A model generated the notes under the pieces. The model was not told the DNA's origin and made no database searches. It worked only from the letters and a program-made list of their open reading frames with translations. The translations under genes were made by a program, and so were the position numbers. DNA of 64,000 nucleotides from a bacterium (lineage in GTDB: Bacteria > Moduliflexota > Moduliflexia > Moduliflexales > JAUQPW01): positions 15,858 through 79,857 of the forward strand of contig JAUQPW010000007.1 of NCBI GenBank assembly GCA_030550175.1, written 5' to 3'. Below are positions 40,114 through 48,592 of this stretch, piece by piece (the stretch's first letter is position 1; each line of letters begins with the position of its first letter).

Positions 40114-41280
40114 TTAATCCGTTAAATTTAATAGCACCCCTTCCTCAGGAGGAATGGCCCTCTGATCGGCCAACTTCCTTAAAGCGGCAACTGTGGTAGC
40201 TGCTGTATAACCGCAGTCTATTTTTTCTAACTGAAACAACAGCGCCCTGGCTTCTTTAATCTCTGTTTCGGTAACACTGATAAAGGTGCCGTTTGTTTCT
40301 TGAACCAGTTGATAGATATAAGGGTAACTGGTTACAGGATTGCCTCTTAGGATGGCTTTGGCAATTCCCTTAGGGTTTTTAACGATATGATGTTCCCGAA
40401 TAACCGGAGACCCCTCTTCGAAGGCTTTAACCATAGGACAACAACTCTCCTGCTGGACACAAACCATTCGGGGGATATGTCGGATTTTTCCCAAAGTCTG
40501 AAATTCTTTAGCTCCCTTGTAGGTTCCATAAACCCCCATGGCACTGCTGACAGCTTGAAAATACCACCGGATCTCTACGGGAACCTGATCAACGGCTTCC
40601 AGGAAAGCCAATTTAAGTCCTTCCCGTCGTGCTGGATTAAAAAAACCTGCCTCAAAGGGCAAATGATGGTGGAAAGCATATTCTCGTGCCTGATTAAAAG
40701 CCTCTGCAAAAGTCCTTCCTGTCAAGACGTGGAGTAGAACGCCGGGATTAAAATCAGAAAACCGAACCCGTTCCTGGAATTCTCCCCCGATGAAAAGATG
40801 CATTTTAAAATAGGGATATTTGAGAATTCCATATGCCAGAGCATTGGAGCTGTTCCCGGTCGAAGAACTTACAAACTCTGTAATCTGAAGCTCTTTAAAA
40901 AAAGATAAAACCACAGCAGCCATTCGATCTTTTGTCGTACCGGTTGGATTTCGAGATTCGACTTTTAAAAAAACCTGTTTCAGTCCCAAGGCTTCTCCCA
41001 GAGTTTTTGCATGCACACAGGGAGTATTTCCTTCTCCTAAAGGGAGAAGGTTTTGAGAATCCTGGATAGGAAGTAAATCGAAATATTTTTCCAGGGAGTG
41101 TGGCGAATCGTAGATCTTGACCCGAGATAAATCGTAATAGATATCCACAAGACCCCCACAATAGGTACACCTAGGGGTATAAGCATGGGGAAAGGTTTTC
41201 TGGCATTGGTTACAGCGATGAGTCAGTTTCAAATTTGTCTTTTTACTCCACACTTGCAAGGGTTGATCAGTTTTTAGCAT
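40114..41280 (-). CDS. fold-type II PLP-dependent enzyme (threonine synthase / cysteine synthase-like) with N-terminal Cys4 zinc ribbon
   Basis: 388 aa. CNQC…CTYC ribbon, followed by ESRNPTGTTKDR (PLP-Lys, cf. NPTGSFKDR of threonine synthase). Confidence 0.68.
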   Translation of the reverse strand: MLKTDQPLQVWSKKTNLKLTHRCNQCQKTFPHAYTPRCTYCGGLVDIYYDLSRVKIYDSPHSLEKYFDLLPIQDSQNLLPLGEGNTPCVHAKTLGEALGLKQVFLKVESRNPTGTTKDRMAAVVLSFFKELQITEFVSSSTGNSSNALAYGILKYPYFKMHLFIGGEFQERVRFSDFNPGVLLHVLTGRTFAEAFNQAREYAFHHHLPFEAGFFNPARREGLKLAFLEAVDQVPVEIRWYFQAVSSAMGVYGTYKGAKEFQTLGKIRHIPRMVCVQQESCCPMVKAFEEGSPVIREHHIVKNPKGIAKAILRGNPVTSYPYIYQLVQETNGTFISVTETEIKEARALLFQLEKIDCGYTAATTVAALRKLADQRAIPPEEGVLLNLTD

Positions 41281-41428
41281 TCCGTAAAGGAAATTCAGTG
41301 CTTAGAATTTTTGCAAATGTAGAGTATTTTATCTAACCCCTCCCCCCAATCCTTCTCCCATATGGAGGGTGTAGGAAATCCATGGGTTACCCCTACCTCC
41401 TCAAGAGAAAGGACTGGGGGTTAAGGAA

Positions 41429-42712
41429 TTACACCTGTTCTACAACCGTGACATTTCCAAAGGGAATCACATAAGTCGAAGGATTCGATTTTCTAAGCTT
41501 TTCCAATGCGAGTTTTTTTGCTTCTTCCAAATGAGTAGCCGGAATAAAGCCCAAGAGTCCTACCTGATCTTGTGGACACCGGGAGATCAGGATCACCTGA
41601 ATTCGCTGCAAAATCTCTTTGAGCAGGTAAGAATTATGTCCGGTGAGATCGTACCGTTCCTTTACAGCTCTGGCTAATTCCGGGAGAGAGGAAAATTTTG
41701 CCCAACGCAAGAAGCCCTCTTTAATACCCTGGGGACAGGCTGCCAGGAGGATGAAAACCCCTCCATCGGCCACACACGTATGGGTATTCATAAGGGTCTT
41801 GAGCGCTTGCATGAAGGAAATATCATAAGGATGGCCTCCACAACTGGCCACGGCCAGTTCTGCTTTTTCTTTAAAGGGAACTTTAAAAAGGTTATCTACC
41901 ACATGACAACCCATGGTGTGGGCAGAAACGGGGTGACCTGCATAGACATGGGTTAGTTCATGGTTTAAATTCACAAGGGTATTTACCAGAAAACTGGGTC
42001 GAAATAGAGCGGCGGCCTCTAACATGTCCAGATGTACGGGATTTCCTTCCAGATGACCATTCTTGGCCAGGATATTCCGTGGTTGAATTTCATCACCGGA
42101 CATAACCAGTTTATGATTATGTAAAATAGTTTCATATCCCGATACCCCGGGTAAGACGGCTTTACGGCCACCCGTGAATCCGGCAAAATAATGATGGGTA
42201 ATCCGGCCTGTCAAAATCTTAATATCCGCTTCATAAGCCAGCCGATTGACCTCGATGGTATTCCCAAAGGAGGTTTTTCCTAAATAAACATGGTTTTCTT
42301 TGTTCAGGCAGTCGTGTCCGATCACCCGGATTTCCTTATCAAAGTAAGGCCCCAGAATGATATCCATATCTTCGGTGGTAAACCGTTCATGAGTCCCCGT
42401 CGCAATAATAACCGTGATGTCTTGCTTACGGATTCCGGCCCGGCTTAGTTCCCGAATCAAAAGCGGCATAAAAATATCGCCCCGGGTTACACGATCCTTA
42501 CCGGATACCAAAATTACAGCGGTTTGCTTGGATTTAGCCAACTCATATAGGGGCTCCCTTTCAATGGGTTTTTGAAGGGCTTTTTCTACTAAAAAGTCGG
42601 GGGGATGAGCAGGGGAAACGGAATGAGGCAAGAGAACCCCTAGAAAATTTCTTTTGGGAACCTCTGTCTGTATAACTTCAGAGCCATAACCTAACCGGAT
42701 TATCTCAAACAT
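41429..42712 (-). CDS. LarA-like (nickel-pincer lactate racemase family / DUF2088) protein; first gene of the operon
   Basis: 427 aa. N-terminal DUF2088-like region followed by a LarA C-terminal-like domain. A good RBS (AGGAGG) lies upstream. Confidence 0.65.
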   Translation of the reverse strand: MFEIIRLGYGSEVIQTEVPKRNFLGVLLPHSVSPAHPPDFLVEKALQKPIEREPLYELAKSKQTAVILVSGKDRVTRGDIFMPLLIRELSRAGIRKQDITVIIATGTHERFTTEDMDIILGPYFDKEIRVIGHDCLNKENHVYLGKTSFGNTIEVNRLAYEADIKILTGRITHHYFAGFTGGRKAVLPGVSGYETILHNHKLVMSGDEIQPRNILAKNGHLEGNPVHLDMLEAAALFRPSFLVNTLVNLNHELTHVYAGHPVSAHTMGCHVVDNLFKVPFKEKAELAVASCGGHPYDISFMQALKTLMNTHTCVADGGVFILLAACPQGIKEGFLRWAKFSSLPELARAVKERYDLTGHNSYLLKEILQRIQVILISRCPQDQVGLLGFIPATHLEEAKKLALEKLRKSNPSTYVIPFGNVTVVEQV

Positions 42713-42761
42713 AACAGACCCTCCTGCTCATTTGAGCTTTTAAGATGGCTATCGGTAAGTA

Positions 42762-42783
42762 GAAACTGCACAGAATATGCCAG
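42762..42783 (-). promoter_or_regulatory. candidate sigma-54 (-24/-12) promoter for the LarA…membrane-protein operon
   Basis: The minus strand reads ctGGcatattctgtGCagtttc. This is TGGCAT-N6-TGCA with the canonical 12-nt GG-to-GC spacing, about 45-70 nt upstream of the 42712 start codon. Confidence 0.3.
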
Positions 42784-42870
42784 CTTCATAGTTTTGGGAC
42801 ACGGAGTTCTGGGACACGGAGACCTTGGGACTTGGAGACGCGGGGAAATGTCTCCGTGTCTCCGCGTCCC
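42775..42870. repeat. complex GGGACACGGAGA-type direct/inverted repeat hairpin in the divergent promoter region
   Basis: gggacacggag appears twice, followed by cttgggacttggagacgcgggg aaatg tctccgtgtctccgcgtccccaagtcccag. A stem of 18-19 bp is possible, with alternative pairings. Confidence 0.5.
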
Positions 42871-43050
42871 CAAGTCCCAGTTATCTTGGTGATGAATAAG
42901 GGGAAATAAGGGCAAATCTTCATGTAAAAGCAAAATAAACTTCGCACTATTTATTTTCCCCTTGACTTGAAAGTTCAGGCTGAATAAGATCGTATTCGCT
43001 CCAAGTTATGGGATTTTCATACCTTAAACCTTCATTATTTTCCGGGGTTC

Positions 43051-43881
43051 ATGATAAGGATTTCATCTGCGCAGGGTTTTACGCTCTTAGAGACCCTTAT
43101 GGTGACGGTTTTGTTTACAACGGTTCTGATTTTATCTTTCGAATTTTTTCAACAACACCAGAAAATCTACTTCCGGTATCGGAGTGACACAGAGATTATT
43201 CAAAATGCCCGGATAGCTTTAGATGCCATTTGTTCGGATCTGAGAGTTGCCGGTTATCATTTAGACCGGCAACAAAATCAACCTGTTTTTATCGAGGCGG
43301 CTCCATTTCAAATTATCCTGAATGCAGATAAGGACCCCGGCGAGCCGGTTTTGATTAAAAACGGTTTTGTAATGCTGTCCAGTGGTACTCCCTATATTAA
43401 CTCCCAGGATTACTCTACAGGGGCTGAAACTATCCGATGGACTTTAGATTCGAATGATGATGGTCTCATCGATAACCGAGATATCGATGATAATCCAGAG
43501 GAGCGGGCCTCTCGATTTAACGACAGTGATTTCGTTTTAATTCGAGAACTGAACGGAGGGCCGGATCAGCAGGTGGCTCTTTATCTTAGAGGACCGATAG
43601 ATGCTAAAAACAATCGTACGTACGTGCCTCCTTTGTTTCAATATTGGATTTTGTCTTCCGGTGGCTCTTTAACTTTATGGGGGGATACTGATGGGAATGG
43701 ATTTTTAGAGGGGAATGAAATTTATTTCCCACCCCTTACTTCTCAAAGTGTTTTAGAGAAAATCAGGCGGATTACCGTGATGGTTTCGGTAGAATCCGAT
43801 GAGTGGGACCCTTTTCGTAATCCACCCGGCCATCAACAGGTCATCTTGAGTTCAGAGGTTGCAGTAAGGAACAACTTTTAA
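43051..43881 (+). CDS. prepilin-type N-terminal cleavage/methylation domain protein (type IV pilin / pseudopilin-like)
   Basis: N-terminus SAQGFTLLETLMVTVLFTTVLIL (G|FTLLE class III signal). 276 aa. Confidence 0.65.
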   Translation: MIRISSAQGFTLLETLMVTVLFTTVLILSFEFFQQHQKIYFRYRSDTEIIQNARIALDAICSDLRVAGYHLDRQQNQPVFIEAAPFQIILNADKDPGEPVLIKNGFVMLSSGTPYINSQDYSTGAETIRWTLDSNDDGLIDNRDIDDNPEERASRFNDSDFVLIRELNGGPDQQVALYLRGPIDAKNNRTYVPPLFQYWILSSGGSLTLWGDTDGNGFLEGNEIYFPPLTSQSVLEKIRRITVMVSVESDEWDPFRNPPGHQQVILSSEVAVRNNF

Positions 43882-43960
43882 AATTCATAAAGAAAGTCTA
43901 AACCCCCAGAGTTGCCCTATTTTCAAGCTGTGGGACGATCTTAAAAGACCTTGAGAGCCT

Positions 43961-44410
43961 ATGAAACGATCCCTACTTCTCTCTTCAGGAGGTTTTAGTC
44001 TCATAGAAGTTCTCATAGCTTCAGCCATCCTGGGTTTTGCATTGCTCAGTTTATCTCAATTGTTTTTACAAAGCTCCTTGGAAATTTATCGGGCGAAGAA
44101 CAGATCCCGGGCAACCCACCTGGTCGATGAGATGATGGAAATCATGGCGGCTTCTCCCTATCCCATTGAAAATTATCAGGGTTTCTCCACCAACTCCTCC
44201 CCTGCAAATACGAACCCGGTAAAAGAAGACCTACTCCGTTGGAAACGAGATGTGAAAGCTTTCCAGGATACCGCTTTAGGAACAATTTCCGTTGTTCAAG
44301 ATAACTATCGAAAAACGGTTATTATCGATTTGGATTATCCAAATTTTGGAAAGAGAGACCAGGTAGAAATCAAACGTATTTTTTCAAGTCCTTTTCCTAT
44401 TTCCCCTTGA
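43961..44410 (+). CDS. prepilin-type N-terminal cleavage/methylation domain protein
   Basis: N-terminus SSGGFSLIEVLIASAILGFALL. 149 aa. Confidence 0.65.
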   Translation: MKRSLLLSSGGFSLIEVLIASAILGFALLSLSQLFLQSSLEIYRAKNRSRATHLVDEMMEIMAASPYPIENYQGFSTNSSPANTNPVKEDLLRWKRDVKAFQDTALGTISVVQDNYRKTVIIDLDYPNFGKRDQVEIKRIFSSPFPISP

Positions 44411-44954
44411 CGATAAGGATAGCTTGTTATATTTCAATCTGTCAGGCCCCTTCACTATAAAGAATCAGGCGACTCTATCTTAAAAAGACTCTCCTTCAAC
44501 AAGTTCATTGCTCAGGGCCCCCTCTTCGTAAATAAGTTTGAATTTTGTAGCTTGTCCTGATTTCTGACAAAACTCGATACTTTTTATAAGTATTGTTTTT
44601 TTTCCTGCTATATTAGGGTTCCTGTTTTAATTTTTGACATGGCTGAACTGTTTCACAAAGTCGGATTTATATTAAATAAGTGATCTTTCAAGCTCTATCC
44701 CAATGAGATTTTGTGATTTTGAAACTCTGGCATAAGAATTGCTTGTTTCTCTTATTTGAGACGACTTCAGAACTTCAAGGGAGAAAAGAGGAAGAAAAAA
44801 CTATACTTGTATTAACTGTTAGAGAATAATCCATAGGAAAAAGGATAAGTTGCGAGCTTATGGAGTCGTTTAAATCTCCTTTGATGGGAGGGGAGTAGGA
44901 GTCGCCCATGTTGTAGATTGCTTAAAAAATTATAAAACTCTTTGGAGGGACAAT

Positions 44955-45599
44955 ATGACAATTTTAACAGATAAAGACCGACAGGCAGTCCGTGACCGAC
45001 TGCAGGCCATGAGGGAACCAGTTAAGTTAGTATATTTCACCCAGGAGCTGGAATGTCCAACTTGTCGAGAGACAGGCCAGCTTCTCCGGGAGCTTAGTGA
45101 GCTATCAGAAAAACTCCCCCTCCAGGTTTACAATTTCCAGCTTGATCGGGAGCAGGTGGATCGATACAAAATTGACAAAATTCCTGCAACAGTCGTAATA
45201 GGAGCAAAAGACTACGGCATTCGTTTTTATGGGATGCCCTTAGGTTACGAATTTGCCACTCTATTGGAAGCTATCCTCGCTGTCTCTCAGGGAAAGTCAA
45301 ATTTGAGCCCGAAAAGTATAGAACGACTGCGGGCGGTAAAAGTACCCCTTCACCTTCAGGTCTTTGTAACCCCTACCTGACCCTACTGTCCAGCTGCGGT
45401 GCGGTTGGCACACCAGTTCGCTTTGGAGAGTGACTTTATTACGGCTGATATGGTGGAGGCTACAGAGTTTCCTCACCTGGTTCAGCGTTACGGTGTTCGG
45501 GGTGTGCCCAGAACAGTGGTCAACGAGAGTGTATTTATTGACGGGGCCTTACCCGAAGAGATGTATCTTAGCCGGGTATTGGAGGCCACTACTCCATAA
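44955..45599 (+). CDS. two-domain glutaredoxin-like protein disulfide oxidoreductase (Pyrococcus PDO / TIGR02187-like) with an in-frame TGA (candidate selenocysteine) at 45378-45380, giving a UPYC motif in the second unit
   Basis: ORFs 44955..45380 and 45399..45599 are in the same frame and separated only by TGA. The first unit has CPTC (VYFTQELECPTCRETGQLL). Around the TGA the sequence reads LQVFVTPT-[TGA]-PYCPAAVRLAHQFALESDFITADMVEATEFP…VPRTVVNESVFIDGALPEEMYLSRVLEA. This is nearly collinear with P. furiosus PDO (VFVTPTCPYCPRAVRMAHKFAIE…DMVEAIEYP…). A possible hairpin (gcggtgcggttggcacacc) begins about 15 nt downstream of the TGA. Confidence 0.62.
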
Positions 45600-45746
45600 A
45601 CAGAGGGCAAAGGAGGTTTATTATATCAGCTGTAAGTGTGACTATCATCGTCAGACTATATCCTGAGCCTTATCCATCATATCCCGAATGCCTGGCTTCT
45701 TCACCATGTGAGGATTACATCCAAGGTTGAAGAAGGGCTAAATTTT

Positions 45747-46538
45747 ATGGAAGATATCCCCATCCAGAACCTGTTGGAGGGGACATCCAGGGCAAATCCC
45801 GTTTTTCCCTGGTTTCCTTTACCAGAGGTTCTTTTATTGGGAAACGATGAAGTCCATGTCTGGCGTGTGGCCCTGAACGTGGAGATTTCGTATCTACACA
45901 ACCTGCAGTGGCTTCTCTCGGCGGATGAGCAGGTCCGGGCTAAGCGTTTTTACTTTCAGAAACATCGTGAATACTTTATCCTCACACGTGGATTGCTAAG
46001 GATGATCCTTGGACGTTATCTGGAGAAGGAACCGGGCCAATTGCAATTTGGTTATAGGCCTTATGGAAAGCCCTATCTCATAGGAGAATTTAGCCACAGG
46101 AGATTGCGTTTCAACTTAGCTCATTCCCATGGACTTGCCCTTTATGCCATTACACAAGGTCGAGAAGTTGGGGTGGATATTGAATATATCCGACCTCATC
46201 CGGCCAATATGCAGATAGCGCATCGGTTCTTTTCACCCTGTGAAGTTATGGCTTTGAAGGCCCTTCCCTCCCATCTGCAACAGGAAGCATTCTTTAATTG
46301 CTGGACTCGTAAAGAAGCTCATATAAAGGCCAGAGGAATGGGTCTTTCGTTTCCTTTGAATCAATTCTCTGTATCCCTGGCACCCGGCGAGCCTGCCATT
46401 CTATTAAATGTCCTGGAAGATCCCCAAGAAACCTCCCGTTGGTCACTCCAGACGCTGGAACCGGGTCCCGGCTACGTGGCAGCTCTTGCCGTAGAAGGAC
46501 AGGATTGGCGGCTTAAATGTTGGCAGGTACAGGGATAG
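45747..46538 (+). CDS. 4'-phosphopantetheinyl transferase (Sfp type)
   Basis: Motifs VWRVAL, FNLAHSHG, GVDIEYI and WTRKEAHIKARG. The ORF track starts at 45708. The MEDIPIQ start at 45747 is more plausible. Confidence 0.82.
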   Translation: MEDIPIQNLLEGTSRANPVFPWFPLPEVLLLGNDEVHVWRVALNVEISYLHNLQWLLSADEQVRAKRFYFQKHREYFILTRGLLRMILGRYLEKEPGQLQFGYRPYGKPYLIGEFSHRRLRFNLAHSHGLALYAITQGREVGVDIEYIRPHPANMQIAHRFFSPCEVMALKALPSHLQQEAFFNCWTRKEAHIKARGMGLSFPLNQFSVSLAPGEPAILLNVLEDPQETSRWSLQTLEPGPGYVAALAVEGQDWRLKCWQVQG

Positions 46539-46596
46539 AGGGAGAGGCTTCCAGAACCCATCTCATTTTCTTTACCCCTTTAACCTCTCTTATTTA

Positions 46597-48585
46597 TTAC
46601 TCTGCACTCCGGACAGGGCTATCTAAATATTCTCGACACCAGAGTTCAAAAATCAAGAGGGCCCAGAGGTGCTGGCTGTAATCTTTAAGACCTTTTTGGT
46701 GTTCCTCGATAAGCAATCGGATATAATCCACGTTGAAAAGACCGCGTTCCCTTATGCGTTCTCCTAACAGGATATCTTCAAGTAAAGGCTTGAGATCTGT
46801 TCGAAACCACTCTAGCAGGGGTACTCCAAATCCATGTTTTCTTCTATGAATAATTTGAGAAGGAAGGATGCCGTGCAAGGCATGTTTGAAGATGTATTTG
46901 GTTGTAAGACCTTTCACTTTGAGATCTGAAGGGATCTGAGCCGCAAATTCTACCAGTTCATGGTCCAGATAAGGAACCCGACCTTCCAACGAAACCGCCA
47001 TGGTCATTCGATCCTCCTTGACCAAAAGATCATCCGGGAGAAGCGTGTGAAAATCGGCATATAAAGCCTTATCCAGATCTGACAGGTTGGAAGCCTTTCG
47101 ATAGTACTGAGTAATAATTTCGTCTGAAGGGCGTAATCCTTTAAAATGGGGAGAGGAGGGATTATAGAGGGCCTGCTTCATATCCTCGGTAAAGAAGGAA
47201 ATAGTGGTGATATGTCTTAGATTAGGGGGTAAGTTACGGCACTCCAGAAATCTTTTAAAAAACAGAAAATATTCTCCGAGACTGGAAGTTCGAGAAACGG
47301 GTAAGTGCTTCGAAATTTTCTCGAAGTAGTGTTGAAGCATAAGGGGAATCCGGCTGTAGTATCGAATCAAATTGTCGATCAAATAGCGTCGATAGCCTCC
47401 GAAAATCTCATCACCTCCCGTTCCTGAAAGAGCTACAATTACCTGCTCCCGAGCTAATCTGGCCAGATAATAGGTGGGAATGGCAGAAGGATCCGCAAAG
47501 GGTTCATCGAAATGCCGGATAAGCAACGGAATAATATCAATGGCTCGGGGTTCTACCTCAAATTCGTAGTGCTCTGTGGCAAATCGCTCGGACACTTGTT
47601 TGGCATATCGTCGTTCGTCATAATACCCGGCATTTTTAAATCCAACGGAGAAAGTCTTAATAGGCTGAATTTTACTGGCAAAGGCTACAATAGCACTGGA
47701 GTCAATCCCACCGCTCAGGAGGATTCCCACGGGGACATCGCTTACCAGATGACGTTTAACAGATTTTTGTAGGAGTTCTATTAAGCCTTCTGAGTAAAAC
47801 TTTTCATCCTTCGGACTTACAGGCAATCTTTTGATCTCCGGTACCTTATCGGGTCGATCTGCTTCTCTTAACCCCGAGGTAGGAGGGGTCGATCTATCCA
47901 CTCTACTCCCAACGGGCAAACTCCAATATCTCTGAAGGAAGATTTCACCGTTTTTATACTCCAGAACATACCCCGGTTGGAGCTTTTTGATTCCTTTAAA
48001 TATCGTATCCGGGCCTGGAATGTAGAGGTAGCTCAGGTAATTGTGCAAAGCCTGAAAATTAAGTTCTCTTTTAAAGGAAGGGTCCTGAAGAAGGGACTTA
48101 ATCTCAGAAGCAAAACAAAGTTTTTCCCGATCGATACGGTAAAACAGAGGCTTTATACCTATTCGGTCTCGAGCTAAAAAGAAAGCATGTTCCCGACTGT
48201 CCCACAAGGCAAAAGCAAACATTCCGTAGAGTTCACGGATACACTCTTTGCCCAGGTCCTCATAGAGGTGAACGATGACTTCTGTATCACTGAGGGTTTT
48301 AAATTTATGATTACGTTTTTCTAATTGTTCCCGAAGCTCCTTATAGTTATAAATCTCCCCGTTGAATACCACCCATACCGATCGATTTTCGTTACTGATG
48401 GGTTGGTGACCCCCTGTTACATCAATGACACTTAATCTCCGGACTCCCAGACCGACCTGACCCGACATGTAATAACCTTCATCGTCAGGTCCACGGTGTT
48501 TAAGAACCGAAGTCATCCGGCGCACAAGGTTTTTATCGATTTCTTTTTTTTCATTGAAATTAAGGACACCACATATACCACACAT
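46597..48585 (-). CDS. asparagine synthetase (glutamine-hydrolysing) family amidotransferase, paralog 3
   Basis: 662 aa. MCGICGVLNF N-terminus and an SGGIDSSA PP-loop. It overlaps or abuts the upstream TPR lipoprotein gene. Confidence 0.9.
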   Translation of the reverse strand: MCGICGVLNFNEKKEIDKNLVRRMTSVLKHRGPDDEGYYMSGQVGLGVRRLSVIDVTGGHQPISNENRSVWVVFNGEIYNYKELREQLEKRNHKFKTLSDTEVIVHLYEDLGKECIRELYGMFAFALWDSREHAFFLARDRIGIKPLFYRIDREKLCFASEIKSLLQDPSFKRELNFQALHNYLSYLYIPGPDTIFKGIKKLQPGYVLEYKNGEIFLQRYWSLPVGSRVDRSTPPTSGLREADRPDKVPEIKRLPVSPKDEKFYSEGLIELLQKSVKRHLVSDVPVGILLSGGIDSSAIVAFASKIQPIKTFSVGFKNAGYYDERRYAKQVSERFATEHYEFEVEPRAIDIIPLLIRHFDEPFADPSAIPTYYLARLAREQVIVALSGTGGDEIFGGYRRYLIDNLIRYYSRIPLMLQHYFEKISKHLPVSRTSSLGEYFLFFKRFLECRNLPPNLRHITTISFFTEDMKQALYNPSSPHFKGLRPSDEIITQYYRKASNLSDLDKALYADFHTLLPDDLLVKEDRMTMAVSLEGRVPYLDHELVEFAAQIPSDLKVKGLTTKYIFKHALHGILPSQIIHRRKHGFGVPLLEWFRTDLKPLLEDILLGERIRERGLFNVDYIRLLIEEHQKGLKDYSQHLWALLIFELWCREYLDSPVRSAE

Positions 48586-48592
48586 AGTTCAC

